Shown here: positions 1-18,065 of the stretch, in pieces
How the letters are laid out: every line of letters begins with the position of its first letter
Position numbering within the stretch: position 1 is the first letter of the stretch
NCBI RefSeq assembly: GCF_009914755.1
Contig: NC_060936.1
Strand: one strand, 5' to 3'
Length of the DNA stretch: 64,000 bases
Source of the DNA: the human T2T-CHM13v2.0 reference genome, Homo sapiens
Notes under the pieces: generated by a model
Databases searched by the model: none
Told to the model about the DNA's origin: nothing
The model's input: the letters and a program-made list of their open reading frames with translations, nothing else
Position numbers and translations under genes: made by a program

Positions 1-741
1 AGAGAATGCGAATAATACACTTGAGATGACGTTGTGAGTTGAGAGCCTGGACCTCAGGGATAAAGACCTGTACTTGGCAGCCATCTACTTTGAGTCTGCT
101 AGCTGAAACCTGTCCAAGAACATAACACTGGGGAAAGGAGGTTTGAGAAAAAATTCTTGAGCAAGATTGACAATTAACGAAGGGGAAGATAAAGGAAGAG
201 TTACTAAAACAAATTCCCATTATTGTTACTACTATTATTCCCTGTGCTCATCTAGAGGAGTCAAGTAACCTAAGGAATCAAATTCAATGAAAAAATATTG
301 GTTGCACACCCACTCTGAGCGAAGAGTGGATGTGCAACAAATATTTGAGCAAGGCACGAAAATGATTTTTCATTAGACAGATACTTTGCAATTTAATTTT
401 CTAAAATAGCTGAGTTTGATGGTCAATGAGTTCAATAAACAATTTTCCAGCTTTTTATATATCTAGCAATTCCATGATCACACAGTGTGTTTATCATCTA
501 TCATTCTCCAATTACTGAATATTGGTTGGGGTTCCTGTCCCCCAGTTTTCCATACATTTAGGCCTCCTTGCATGGTACCCTATCCAGGTCATTTTTTTCC
601 CCCCGGTGAGCCCCCATTGATCATCTTAGATTTTCTGAGATGGTTTTGATTTCACATATTTTGAGTGGGGGCTTACAAACAATAATAAGATCATCCATAA
701 TTCTAAAATCTCTCTTCTTTTCTCTAATTAAAACCTTTGTG

Positions 742-1627
<886 letters not shown>

Positions 1628-1689
1628 TGCTTCCCATAAATCTTAGGAACTTGGAAGCTGCCCCTCCATTTGCCCTCCTTTAAGCAAAA

Positions 1690-1910
1690 AATTGAATGCT
1701 ATTTGCAAAGCATTGTATAAAATGCTTTATTAGATTATCTTATTGAATCCTGACAACAATATCTAGCAGACAGATATAATGCTATTATCCAAATTTCAGA
1801 GGCAAGGAAATTGAAGCTTAGAGAAGTTTAAGTGACTTGACCAAAGTGCTTTTAGAAAAGCAGAGATTCTACAACCAGTCTTCTAAATCTTGGAAGACTG
1901 CTTTTAGCCA
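1690..1910 (-). mobile_element. MIR
   Basis: Core gaggcaaggaaattgaagcttagagaagtttaagtgacttgaccaaag. Confidence 0.7.
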
Positions 1911-2526
1911 CGGCTGCCTGCCATTTACTCTTTGGATTCTCCATTCTACCTGTTCTGCTGCCTACTTCTACCACCTAATTAGGAGAAGACCTTGTGTTCC
2001 CATTTGGGATATAGATACCCACTTTCATACTGGGTTTACCCCTAATATTTCTCTCCATACCACTCATGTAGATGGTTGTCTTCCGCATTAATCTGGAAAT
2101 TTTTTGAGGGTAAAGACTAAAATACTTATATTTTTATCCCCACAACTCTATGCAGTATTTTTTTAAAAAAGATCATAGTCATGTTTTAAGGTAGCTATTC
2201 CATAAAACATATAAAAAGGTAAAAAATACTCTCCTAGAGAATATATGCATATTTAAAAGGACACTGTTATTCAAATTAATCTAATTTGTGGAATACACAG
2301 TAGAGGGTTTTCCCCATTTTGTTAAATAGTTTTAGTTATATGTTATTTGAATGTAGTGTTTGCCTGAATATCTACAAAAATAAAACTCTCTTGACTCATT
2401 TATAGATTAATTCCAGAAGCAGGGATTAATACAAAACTGGCAGTGAATAATTTCTGTTTTGCAGTTAGTTTCTGCATTTAAGAAATTGCTTTAGGGTTCA
2501 GTAACTTGCCCTGGACTTCAGGTATG

Positions 2527-2545
2527 CTGCCACCAGATGGCAGCA
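2527..2545 (+). promoter_or_regulatory. Strong CTCF core motif match CTGCCACCAGATGGCAGCA
   Basis: Matches CCASYAGRKGGCRS consensus at every core position; lies in non-repetitive sequence. Confidence 0.65.
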
Positions 2546-3849
2546 GGGTGCCAGGCATAAGGCTTGTAAGCAAAGAATTTGTGTGCTTTCTGAGGCTCAA
2601 GGTAATAGCTCTTTCCTTAAGTTCAAAAAGATTTTCAGACCACTGATTTCCAATTTAGCATAATACATTTCTTTACAAAAATAGGTAAACTAAAACTCTA
2701 AGCCACCCTAAGACATCTTTAGAACAGATATAAATCCCAAGCTATAAAATCACCTAACTCATTATTACTTCTCTTCTCTAGCATCTAATTATTTCTGTAA
2801 TGGCTTATACACCATGATGGCTTATACGAATCTTATACACCTACCTCAGTGATAGTGTTAACCATTATAATTTACTTTGAATCTTTATGATCAATCTCTG
2901 CCATGGCACCGTGTATGTTAGTTTTCAAAATTCTCAATAGTTTTTCTCCAGGTAAAAAAAATCTATCTGGCTTTCCTTTCATCTGTCTTAAGAGAGCAGA
3001 GGTTTATCTTTTCAGTATTATCTGAGATCTTCTCTTAAGACCAAAAGTATTTCTCCACTACAGTGGCATGAACAGTGTTTATTTGCATTTCGTGTATGTA
3101 TTTGTGAATATGGAGTACTTTTGCTTTTGTATTTTCTATACTATATAATAATCTACTAGAATATTTCCCCTCTCAAAGCTCTTGGAAGCACAGAGGCAGT
3201 TTACCATACTTTAACAGAAATATAGCTGGATTAAAATTTTTTTTTTTTAGCAACAGGCTCTGCCCTAAATATCTCAAGAAAATACTTTAAAGAACAAAAA
3301 TCTTCATGCCAAATTAGCAAGATACAGGAAAAAAGGTAAGTGGGCAAAATACAGGGAAAAAAAGCTAATTCACCCTGACAGTTGTTACACAAAGCTGAGA
3401 GAGTCTTTCCCTCTCACATTTACAAAGTCCAGGAGCGGAAAGACTTTCAGCAGGAGTAAGCCATGAGGGTTTGGACAAGGCTGGTAGGGGAAAATGTTAT
3501 CTCCTGGGCATACTGGGAAGCTGAGAGTCCAGGGCAGGTGAATGGGGTTGGAGATGGGAATGAGGGAGGACAGCATCTGAGCAGTAAATCCTGGAACTAG
3601 AGTTAGCATATCAAGCAGGGCTATCTATGCACCCAAGGTAAGTTCTGGCTGGGAGAAGCAGATGGCAACTAAGCTGTGAAAATAGGCTCCAAGGGACCAG
3701 CTCCCAGCGTAACTCTGGGGGAGGGATCTGGGGAAGTACAAAAAACATAGAGAGGCAAAAGACAAATAAAATAGGAGGAGAAGAGAAAGGGATGGATCAT
3801 AGAAAGCTCTTATTTGATTTTGAGTCTCACAGGAAACCCATGAAGCCAG

Positions 3850-3980
3850 CAGGGCAGGTATTTTTTATCCTCTATTTACAAATGAGAAACTGAGTCCCAG
3901 AGGGGGTAAGTGACTTTTTTTAAGGTCAACATACCGAGGGGCGGATATAAGATTCAAAGTCAAGTGACCTGATTCCAAGC
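3850..3980 (-). mobile_element. MIR
   Basis: ttttatcctctatttacaaatgagaaactgagtcccagagggggtaagtgact. Confidence 0.7.
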
Positions 3981-4491
3981 TAAAGATGAAAGAAGAGAGG
4001 GCACATTTGAAACCCTGACACACACACTGTATGTCCTACTCTTTGCTTTATAAACAGTAAGTAAAATTTTCAAATAATGGAAGCTTAGTCTTTTAAGGGT
4101 CAAACGGAAGCAGCTTTAGCCACTGTTGAAAAGCATTTCTGAAATGTATTATATTTGCCCTTGCCTCCTTTGAAAACTGACTGTAATCTACTCTCTTCTT
4201 GATACATGGGTTATAATTACAAAAATTTACTATATTTATGAACTTCTAATTCAGTAGATACCCTCAGGTTCTATGGAGGCACATGTGTTTTTTAAAAAAT
4301 TAATTTTTTTTGCTGCCCCACCTAATACATTCATGGCTAGAAATAGCTGTGTAGCAGAACTGGCTGAGTCAGCTCCTTCTTCCCTCACAGCCAGCTCTTC
4401 CTTCTTAAGTGTGTCTGCTGCTGGTCCCTATCTACTGCTTCTGATCAGGTCATTCCGCTTATTAAAATCCTTTAGTGACTCCCTCTAACCA

Positions 4492-4612
4492 CTGGTTGCA
4501 GTAGTTTGCAAAACAGGCTGCACATGAAAATCACTTGAGGAGCTTTTAAGACCTCCTGATACCCAGGTGCCAACACGAAAGATTTCAATTCAATTGTTTT
4601 AGATATGGGGCC
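4492..4612. mobile_element. MER5-family hAT-Charlie fragment
   Basis: ggctgcacatgaaaatcacttgaggagcttttaa...gatacccagg...tcaattgttttagatatggggccc. Confidence 0.6.
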
Positions 4613-5540
4613 CTCACCTACAGGGATTAACATAAGTAGCATGAACTCTTGCTTCTGGCCAAGATGGAATAACGGGGGCTAGATTTATCTTTCCAATGGA
4701 CACAACTAAAAGTCCAGATGAATATATTAAACAATGGTTTTCAAGGCAACGGGCATGAGGCATTGAAGGACAGTGATCCCTGAGAGATGGAAAACAAACA
4801 AAATGAGTTGCATTTGCCTGCAATTGCCCCTGAGAGAATTTCTAGGCCATGCAGCAGAAAGGAAGAATTCAGAAGGAGTCTGCAAGACTCCTTAAATAGA
4901 AAAGATGAAGCAGAGAATCCAGGTAGACTAGCGTGGCTAGAGTTTGCCAGGCAGAGTATTAGAGAGCAGGGAGTTCTGATCAGTACATGCATGTGAGGAA
5001 ATGGTATAAAATCAAATGAAAAACCAGCTGAAAAGATGAGTAGGAATAGTCTTTAAAGTTCAAACTGGACTGGTAAAACTGAGATTTGAAAACTATTCAA
5101 ATTGGGAAGCCCTGAAATTCAAAGAGCATTGGTCAAGTACTCAGAAGGGTATTGCCCTCGTGGTGGGGAAGTATTGTCAATAGACTAAACAATACTCTGC
5201 CTTGCCTAACCTTAAAAGCAAGACCTGAAAGATCAAAGACTATTCAAAGAATTTTCCTGTATCCCAGAGCAATACCCAAAAATATCTGTAGGAATAAAAA
5301 AAAAATCCAGCATCCAACAAGGTAAAATTCATAATGTCTGGCGTGTAATAAAAATTACCAGACATGCAAAAAAACAGCAAGGAGAAAAATCAATAAAACC
5401 CAAACCTAAACTGACACAGGTGTTACAATTAGAAGACAAAGATATTAAACCAGTAACTGTAACTGTATTCCATATGTTCCACAAGTTGGAGGAAACAGCA
5501 TGTTTAATAGAGACAGAAAATATAAGAAAGACCCAAGTCT

Positions 5541-5889
<349 letters not shown>

Positions 5890-5971
5890 CTATAATGTCC
5901 GAGATAAAAAATACACTGCATAGTAACAGTGACAGATTAGCTATTCTAAGAAGAAAAGATGAGTGAACTTA

Positions 5972-6559
<588 letters not shown>

Positions 6560-6914
6560 TCAAATTGCTGTAAACCAGTGAAAAAGACAACACCTTCAGT
6601 GCAGCCAGGGGGAAAAAAACTGACCCATTATGTATAGAGGAACAACAAAATGGCGGCAGGTTTCTTGTTAGAAATAAAGCAGAAGAGAGGCTGGTGGAGC
6701 AATATCTTTAAAGTACTGTTCGTTAGAATTCTATACCCAGCAAAACTATGTTTCATGAATGAAGGCAAAATGAAGTATTTTTCAGACATACAAAAGCTGT
6801 GAAAATTTATCACTAGCAGCCTCACACTATAGAATAATGTCAAAGACAGTCCTTCAGGTAGAAGGAAAATGACACCAGATGGAACTAAGGGTCTACATAA
6901 AGGAATGAAGAGCT

Positions 6915-7075
6915 TGGTTGGCTTCAAGGGTGTGTGACCTGTATGGTTACACAAGGTCCTGCAGATAGAAGGGCCTTGTGCTAGCTTTAATGTTTTGATG
7001 TTACTGGCTAAAAATTTTTAATAATTTTTGAACAAGGGGCCCTATATTTTCATTTTGCACTGGTAGCTGGTCCTG
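6915..7075 (+). mobile_element. MER91A-like hAT-Tip100 non-autonomous element
   Basis: ggcttcaagggtgtgtgacctgt...ataatttttgaacaaggggccctatattttcattttgcactgg. Confidence 0.7.
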
Positions 7076-8322
7076 ATGAAGAATACTTAGTAGTCCATAG
7101 AGGTGGAGGCAGAGGCTGGAATGCCGAGCTTGGCTCTGAAGATCCAGGCCATATGTTCAGGCATGGAATAGGGAAGAGATGGAGGTGGCTTCTTCAGAGG
7201 AAATTTGGAATGTTTTAATTTTAATCACGAGAAGGGTGAATGAACAGATGTCCACTAAAATAAAAATTTTAAGGTAGCAATTTCTGGGTAATTAGAACAC
7301 AATTTTCCTTTCTGCACAGAGATAGATCATAAATGGCTATAATTAGAGAGTTTCAGTTTTTTCTGAAGTTCATTTGTTGCGGAGTGTTCAAAACTGTCTC
7401 TTCAGGCCAAAATGCCTTGTTTATTGTGTGTGTGTTTTACTATTTCTGATATCAATGCTTTAATAATGCCTGTTCTGTAATATTGGCCCAGAGGTACTGC
7501 AAGAGTGTAAATTCACTTTACATGAAAAAGAAAAGCTATATTACTTCCAATGACATTTTAGTGATTAAATGCATTTTATTTGTAGTATAATTCTATCCCA
7601 GTTTAGGTCAAAGCTCCGAAGTTGAGAGTAGTATAATAAGTGTGGACATGCAAAAGATGCTGAAAGGTAGTAGAAATAATAATGTCAGATCTAGCCCATC
7701 ACCACCCTCCAGAACATATATGAAAGGATTAGAAATCAATGTTAAGTGTGTATTTATTTGGGAGACTGTCCATCCTAAATGAGGACAAATGTCAGGGTGC
7801 TTTTCCCAAAACTTGGGCTGGCTGAGGGAAGCTTCAAGAGAATCCCTGGAACAGCTTGAAATCTGGATGCAGGGGGTGGAGTTGGTAGAGTCCAGAAGCT
7901 TTACCTGATATATGCCTGGAAAAGTCTAAAGCTCAGAGGTGGTATCTAGCTGTCCTGAAGGCTTGTGGGGAGCCAGCTGTACTGTATATAGGTATAAATG
8001 CAATGCTTAAATCCACAGATAATTTATAAAGTTCACTCTACACTTGAATACTCACATCCAGTCATTTAGTTGAAGCCTTCGGCTTTGATTAAAGTTGTTA
8101 ATATTTGAAGTGTTGACTGATGTAACCTCCCTGGTATGGAAATATGAATATTTCTCATTTATTATGTCCCGTGGTGAAAGCATAACCTTTTACTTAAAAT
8201 AATTGGTTTGAAAATGGAATTAGAATATTCATCCTCCCCATTCCTCCCCTGCAATTTGTGAATTTAGTAATTATTCTTCTTGGTTATGAGCATAAGTTAC
8301 CATTTACCTTTATTCAATATGT

Positions 8323-8361
8323 ACACACGCACACACACACACACACCCACACACTCTCACA
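8323..8361. repeat. Imperfect (CA)n microsatellite
   Basis: acacacgcacacacacacacacacccacacactctcaca. Confidence 0.9.
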
Positions 8362-9586
8362 GAATGCAAAAAAAAAATTAGGAAATAAAGTTATCGCAAC
8401 TTTAGCAATGAGAGCGGGGTAGACAGAAGTGTGAGTTTATAATGCTGATCATGAAATAAAAACTTCAAAGCAAGCCTAAATCTGATACTCATAGGATGAT
8501 AGCTCTACTGCATTTAAAGCAAATAAAGTCACATTTCTCAAGAATTAATGCAAAATTAGAAAGTTTCCTTTGAAAATCTCTTAGCACATCTCCAAGTGGT
8601 TAGCTTTCCTGGGAAAGCTGGAAATTAAATCAACAACATTGAAAGAAAAAAAACCTCACAGTCCTAAATTAAACAGTCATGTAAATATAGTTTCCAAAGC
8701 TATTAGGCAAGAAGCAAATGATTTTCTAATCAATTTACTGTTGCAAAAATAATGCCAGATTATTTTCATGGGGCATGTGAAATAATTTACATGGGACACA
8801 CGTGGATATTGCTACCTTAGCAATCTTATCTAGTTCTACCCAAAGGTATTTAAAAAACAACCACTGACGCTGAAGTTATTTGTAATCATATCAGCAGCCT
8901 ATCTCCTCATCCTCCATTCTCTTCCCCTCCACCAGCTGACTTTTGTATCAAAGGCAGGCTACCCTTGCACTTCTCTTTTCACTTAACATAGAACAACAGT
9001 TACTGGAGCAATCTGGTTCCCTTAAAACTAGCGACTCATTACAATGGTTCAGGATGTGAACTTCCCTAAAAGGCTTTGCTCTAAATCAAGGTGACTGTAC
9101 ATTCCCTTTTAGGCTAGAAAACAACAAACTATGCATTCTTAGTATAGGATTATTCAGCCCATATATTATATGAGACTACCTCATATTTGGGTACCTCTCT
9201 CATTAGTTGGGATAAACAAGTCTTGAATTTGAGATAATTCAAAATCTTTGTAAGCCAAAGGCATGCACACATTTTGCCTTTTTCTCATTTTAAAACCCAG
9301 TAACCCAAAACCATCACATGAACTACCCAATTCTATTGGGCATACAAATTTTGTTTTCTGATTTCCAAGTCTGAAGGTTCAGGTCAATATTTGTCCGTAA
9401 TTAACATGGACATAATTAATCTGCTGAGTTAAATGACATACAAATCCTCACCACCAAGAGTGTGAACTTGCCCATAAAGTTGTCACACAGAAAATTGAAT
9501 TCAATCAGCTTACTTTAAGGAAAATATACTGAGTTAGTGGTAGACACAGATGGCATGCTTCAGAGGATTTTGGCCTTAAGGTCTAA

Positions 9587-10020
<434 letters not shown>

Positions 10021-11468
10021 GAAAAGACTAATTTTCTGTCTCAAGTCAAGGCTGATTGGCCTCATGGGTGGTGGTGGATCAGTCCCTAAGCCCCGGCAGT
10101 AAAGCCAGGGGCCGTGATCCCCATAGTCACTGCAGCTGTCTACAAGGTCTGGCTGCAGTCACTAAACAAGGATCTCTAGGCCACAGGTACCCCCGGCACT
10201 GGGGAAAGTGAGTGCCCAAGCTTACATCTTAAACACTAGTTCAGGCCTTTGGATTTTGAGAGACATAGAGCCTCACATTGTAAGTGATCCTTACTTCAGT
10301 GAAAACATATAATAGAGTCCTATTGAAATCCATTCTTTACAATGGGAGATTACTGCTAATGCTAGCTAGGTGAGTGATTCATGTGCTACCTATTGTAAGT
10401 ATTAATTCTTCATTAGGTAGCAGTGTGATTCAGAAAATGTTACATAGGGATATTTTTCAAGCTATTCCATTAACTAATTAACTGGGATGCAACTTAAGTT
10501 GGAAGATTGTTTGGTTGATGTATGGAAGGTACCCCTTTAAAAAATATCTATGAGTAGCCATGTGATGAGTGTCAAGTTCTTGACAGAGAATTGAAATCTT
10601 AGCCTGCTGCGACCAAAAAGCAATACTGTTTCAGTTAGTTCCGTTGCCACACAGACTGAATGAAATTAACCAAAGGCTTTATGTTAGACAATGAGTCTCT
10701 TCTGAAATAATGATAGCTTTTGTGAGGGCATAAGAAGCAGAAAGTTAAGAAAGAGTTACTTATGGCCATACAATCACATTAATTTGTCTATTTAATGTGA
10801 CTTTTAGATTCAAGAACAATTTCTATACGATGTTCTAGAAAAGACATTATTTTTTCAGAAAGACTTTTAAAAGCAAGGAATTAATTAGTTACTAATAATA
10901 ACCATCATTTAAAATAAGCAATGGCATGTAATGTGTAGAACCGGGACTTTTGGCGAGAAAGTGACATAAAGAGTAGAACAGAGCACTTTTGAACCAGCAG
11001 AAACTTATTTGCTTTATCTCTTAGTTCATAAATGCCATTTTCCTCAATCATTTACTATAAAACTAAAACTATTCTTTAAAAACCTAAGTGATTTCTCATT
11101 GTTACTGTTAAAAAGAAATGTGTGCTATGCCAAATACAATTCAAATGAATGACCATTTTATGTTACATTTTCATCTTATTCCTTCATTTATGCTAGAAAA
11201 TAACAAAAGTAAAAATGCAATGAGAAAAGTATCAAAGTCATGTATGCAGATTCAGTTGATCTCTTTGGGCTTGACTATTTGGCAACATATGTTGGCCAGT
11301 TTTTATAGGAAATCTATGCTAAGTGTATGAATAAAACAGAGACAACGTAAGATTAGACACTAGCTTCAGAAAATAAAATTTTGATAATACAGCAGCCTAT
11401 TTAGTAAGAATAAAAGCAGTCTCTTGGAGTGTGGGATTTGTATATGTGATTAAGAAATAGAGACAAGG

Positions 11469-11781
<313 letters not shown>

Positions 11782-12179
11782 GAAATAGAGACAAGGAAAC
11801 ATGATAGAGATAGAAAACTAAAAAAATGATAATTTAAATCTTTAACAGTGAATATGAGCAAAGATCAGAATAGGAACCTATTTATTATCATATCTATATC
11901 CTATAACTGAAAAAATTTCCTAAAAAGGAGAACACAAAAATGCTTGGAAGATTTTCTTGGATAATGCAAAATACCCTGGGAGTTCTCTCTTTACCTCTTA
12001 GTTCCCCCACATTTAAACTTCAAAAGACAATGACTCTGGAGCTTGAGAGAGATCGATATTTAAAACAGAAGGCATATCTATAAATCCCCATTGGATGTCC
12101 AAACACTTATAAAAAAAGAAAATTAAATTTCATTTATCAAGGGTTGAATAGTTAAGGTGTCACTAAGAGACCAACTTAC

Positions 12180-12332
12180 ATTAATAAGTTCAACCTCCCA
12201 GATTTTTTTCAACAGGTCCATCGAAGTGTAGCCATTAATTAGAAAGGCTTTGGTGTAGTCGCCCAGTTCAATGGAATCCAGCCACTCAGCTACAGAGGTG
12301 GGATGGTAGCCATCATGCCCAATGGGTCTCAT
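12180..12332 (-). CDS. ANKS1B: ANKS1B internal coding exon (153 nt, phase 0-0), inter-SAM linker and SAM domain 2: MRPIGHDGYHPTSVAEWLDSIELGDYTKAFLINGYTSMDLLKKIWEVELIN
   Basis: ORF 12123..12332 contains the SAM signature SVAEWLDSIEL.DY...F..NGY. Acceptor TTTTCTTTATTACAG| ends at 12333 and donor AAT|GTAAGT starts at 12179. Exactly 51 codons. Confidence 0.97.
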
Positions 12333-13489
12333 CTGTAATAAAGAAAATTACATTAGGATTAAACTGTATACTTTGTGTCCCAACAACAGAATGCAGATTT
12401 CCCCTTGAAAATTTATTTGACATGAAGAACAGATCTTTCTGGAGACGGAAACAAGGAAAAAGAAAACACTTTCTGATGTGTTTTCACAATTCTAAAACAT
12501 TAATAATTTTCACGCTGAATAGGTTTTCAAAATATACACAGAAATTTCCAATTTAGCTGCTAGATTAACTCTATATTTGGAAGAGCTAAACATGTCAAAC
12601 TTCTGTCATAGACATTATTGGCATTCTGGTGGGTGGAATTAAAAATGATGTCAGTTGAATGGCATTAAATTCGATGCGAAAGTCACCAGGAAGTGCACTT
12701 TCAACATGTAGATGATAATTCTCATATGCACAGCACCAAAGCATGTGAAAATACTGCATGACTTAAGCATTCAAAGGGAATTTGTGCTTATGCAAGACAT
12801 GTATTGGAGGTAGTGCAAACACGCTGGAGAAACATACTGCTGCGGTGAACCAGTAAAGGAGAGGCCTTTGGGTATTTTAAGACCATGTGTTCTGCATCGA
12901 CTCTACAGTATGTTAGACATGAATAGAGAACTTGCTGGCAGACAGGCATCTATTTTTTGTCAGCTATATACAGATTTTTAAAAAATAGGAGAACAAAGAA
13001 ATGTGACAGCAACATAATGTTTCTGAGTTTAAATTGGAGTGTGAAAGTAATTTAAGCAAGAGGAACTTCTGGGTTTAAAATTTTGTATGGATTATTCTGG
13101 TCCTTTAGCTTTTATTTGAAATTGTAGCTGAATCTGTGGTTCTTGGTTTTCGAAGTGACTCACTTCTAAAACTTGGGCTGCTTTGCATGCCACGCCGTAT
13201 ATCTAATACTTCAGTTTTTCAGGAGAGCTGGCACCTCATCAACCTGATGGGGGCCTTCGGTAAAATTCACGATGGAAACAGCAAGGCTGGGCAAAACACA
13301 ACATAGATTTTCCTCTTTCTTTGATTCAAAGAGATAAATATTAATGGAAATTTATATGATTCTGATTTGCGAGCAGAGAAAAGATTAGTCTGGGAATCAG
13401 GGATTCAGATTTTAATCTTAAACATGGTAAGCTTTCTATCACTATGCATGGTTCTCATTTTTGAGATTCTCCCTACTCCTTCATTTTAA

Positions 13490-13885
<396 letters not shown>

Positions 13886-16169
13886 TAAAGTTAGAGTACA
13901 ATTTATTATTTACATTAGAGTCTGAACTTGGTCAGACTTTTGTACTTCACTTTTACATTGACTGACCCATTTTAGCTACTCATTAAATATTTGTTCATGT
14001 AACACTTAACTCTGTGTTTATTATGTGGTAGCTACAAATGTAAATGACAACTCAGCATTTGCAGAATGAAAGTCAGTGGCATTCACAAATCCCTGGATGT
14101 TATGTATGTATAAGATCAGAGGCTAGGACCCAAAAGGGAGGCTCATAGATATTCGGTAGCTTCATATTCTATAGAGAATTACAAAAATATTGGGGCTGGG
14201 TACATTCTCCAGGCCTCGTTAAAAGGTGGTTGAACTAACTCTGTTAACCTAAATAATCACTCTGGCCCCAGGAATCTTCCTGACTGCCCCAGTGACATGA
14301 AATAAGAAAGAAAGGGAAGAAAGTGAGAAACACTAAGGTTGAAGTTAACTGCTTAGTAGGGAGGTCTTGCCGTTGGCCCATCCATAAAGCTGACCACTCC
14401 AGCAGCAGATACTCGGGAAAAGCTTAGGGAGTCTTGATGACTGGATTTGGGTCAAAGTCAGTTGTCTCATACCAGTGAACTGTGCAATGGGGTTACCACA
14501 GGTTACCCCCAAGCACTTACACAACACTCTTTTGAGGAAGCAATTAGTGGCCATCTGACACACAGAGGGTGTTGATGGTCGGTGGTGGCCAAAGAATCAG
14601 GGAACCCATGACAGGACTGCAAAGAAAATCTAGGTAAGTACAAAGATGTTTGCTTGTCCCTCCAATCCCCCTTTCTTGTCCCAATGCCAGAAAATTTAGA
14701 ATCAGAAGAGAGAAGTGCCAGTCCCTTAGGGGAAGTCTAAACTTGGGGGGGGGGGAGGTGGTGAGGAAAATAAAACTGGAGGTTTCAAATAAATTGGAAC
14801 TGAGCCTTCAACATTTTACATGGTTGGAAAGTTATTGGAAATGTCTGAGATGATATTTATAAATAGTAAAGGGAGGGTCAGTTGAGCTTGGTTGAATGAT
14901 TGGAAAATAAAAAAATAAAATAAAACAGCAACCATCATATCAGGATTGCACGGAATGCAGGCTGTTCAGTGGTCTGATTACTCCTGTAAGGCAAGTTCTC
15001 CTAGACCAATCTTAAAGAGGTGAGAGGGAGGGAAATATTTGGTGGGAGGATGAAAGACAAGGGCAGGGTAGAGAGCACAACTGAAGAGACCTTGGAAATG
15101 GGTATGCTGAGGTGTACAGGGCAGTATCATCCGCCCACTCATTCAATAAATATTTAATCAATGCCTATTCTGATGAATGTTGTGGAAATGGTAGAGAACA
15201 AAACAGTCATAGTCTCTCCCTCATGGAGATTATAACTCTTAATTAAAATATGCAAACAGATGACCAATAAATTATGAAGGTTCTGCATACCTGAAGAGAG
15301 GAAACCATTAGAGCCAAATGCAGTTACAAAATTAACTTGACACATATTTAATGATATGCAGAATAGTTACTGTGCTGCACAATAATTTCTTCCAAAGCAA
15401 TGATCCCATCTGTTCCTTTATTTCTGTCCCTACTGCCATTACCCTGTTTAGGTTCTTGTTAGTGCTTACAAAAACTAACACAATAGCCTTCTACATGGTC
15501 TCCCACCTTTGATCCAGCTTGTATCTTGCTACTACATTAGTCTTCCTAAAAGTCAGACCCTTAAGTGTACCTTTGTATAAAAGCCTGTAGTGGCTCCTTC
15601 TCGAAAAAAGTCCAAATGTCCTATTCCAGCATTCAAGGCCGATTGAGATTAGCCTAATCTCCCACTCCTCTGCTATTGTGTACCCAATAAATGTAACTAG
15701 ACACGTGTATGTCTAAACAGTACATTAAATCGCTAGGCATTCCCTGAAAATGACCTGTATATGACACAGTCAATATCTTTGCTAATATAACTTCCCATGC
15801 TTGGAATGCTTTTGCCCCTGCTTCTGGAGTGATTTCTTCAGGACTGGCTTCTCTTCTTGAGCTCTGAGATGCAAATTTCTAACCATTTGTAGGACATCTC
15901 ACATAAATGTCCTATAGGTGTCACCAACATAAGTCAAAAACAAATTTAACTCCTTTAGTTCAAAAACAGGCTCTCTTCCTCTTTTTTTCCATTTCAGTTA
16001 AGGGCAACTATTACTCCACTGCCCAAGCAGAAGCTTGGGAGTTATCTTACTTTCCTCTTTCTGTTTACTATCATATCTAATTAGGCCAACATGGTCTATC
16101 AATTTGATTTCTAAGATGACTCTCAATTCATTTCTCTTCTTCCAAAATGGACTTTGGAATATGACATTC

Positions 16170-16345
16170 CCAGCAGTGCTACGTATTTGTTGGGTGATCT
16201 TTGGCAAGTTACTCTTTCAGCCTGTTTCCTCTTTTTTAGAATAAGCATAATAATACCTATTCCAAGTGTTGTTGTAAAGATTATATGAAATAGGGAATAA
16301 AAATTGCCTAGCACAGTGATTTGAATATAATAGCTATTCAATTAT
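16170..16345 (+). mobile_element. MIR
   Basis: gggtgatctttggcaagttactctttcagcctgtttcctc...ataataatacctattccaagtgttgttgtaaagatt. Confidence 0.7.
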
Positions 16346-17169
16346 AACTCTTAGTTCTCTTTTCTCCCCATTGCCCTAAATTAGACCCATGCTTATTTTG
16401 AAATTGCATAATATTCTGCCATTGGCTGCTAGTCTTTTCAGCTTCCAATCAAAGCTCTCCTCTCTCATCCCTTCCTATTTCCTCTATTTCCTTCCTTCTT
16501 TATCTTGTTTTAGAAATGGTTTGCATCTGCTAACATCTTTACCCCTCTCCCCTTCAGCCGACAGTTATTTTTTAGAAACATATCTAACGAGGTCACTCAA
16601 GTCGATTGAACTGTTTATTCCAATTCTTCGTTCTCTTACTGTATTAGAATTATGCCCCTGTGCCCTTTGCCAAGGGATCAACATTATGTCTCAGTGTGGC
16701 TGGAGTTACTTCCCAGTCTCATCAATGCTGGCCAATAGAATGCGTGAAGTGTCAGTGTGGTGGTTAGAGACGAGGTCTCTGTGCTCCTGTGTTCTACTAA
16801 TCTTTCAGTGTTCATATGCTCTCTCATAAGAATAGCAAGTGCTGAGAAGTTGCATAACTCCTGGTTCTAGGAGAAAGATGAAGACTCGTGGAGCAAACCT
16901 AAATTTAACCCAAAGCTTGGAATCTACCCTAGCTCGATGGGGCTCAGGAAAGTCCAGATGAAGTTAGCTGAAGCACAGCAGACCCGTGAGTAAGAAAAAA
17001 ATATTTTTTGTTGTTGTTGCTGTGAACTACTGAAATTTTGATTACAGGGAAAAACTGAATAGTCACTCCTTGTTTAAAAACCCTTGGTGTTTATCCATTA
17101 TGCCTGTGGAATATAAATCAGACCTTTTAGTTTATGAATCTATTGGCAAATGCATCTTCATGAGACTGA

Positions 17170-17572
<403 letters not shown>

Positions 17573-17643
17573 TATATGCTGCCTCTTTATTAACCCTAAA
17601 CTAAGTAATTCTTTATTGTATGAGTTTGATTTTTGGGGCATAA

Positions 17644-18065
<422 letters not shown>

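Noticed and set aside
12123-12332. Stand-alone 69-aa ATG-initiated ORF
   Set aside because: The ATG directly follows a CAG acceptor and SAM similarity ends at the GTAAGT donor. It is an internal exon with intron read-through.
14745-14765. G11 run (also G10 at 54059 and G-runs at 27716) as G-quadruplexes
   Set aside because: Do not clearly provide four G3 tracts with loops; no supporting context.
16389-16829. 146-aa Leu/Ser-rich ORF
   Set aside because: Pyrimidine-rich L2/MLT remnant; composition explains the lack of stops.
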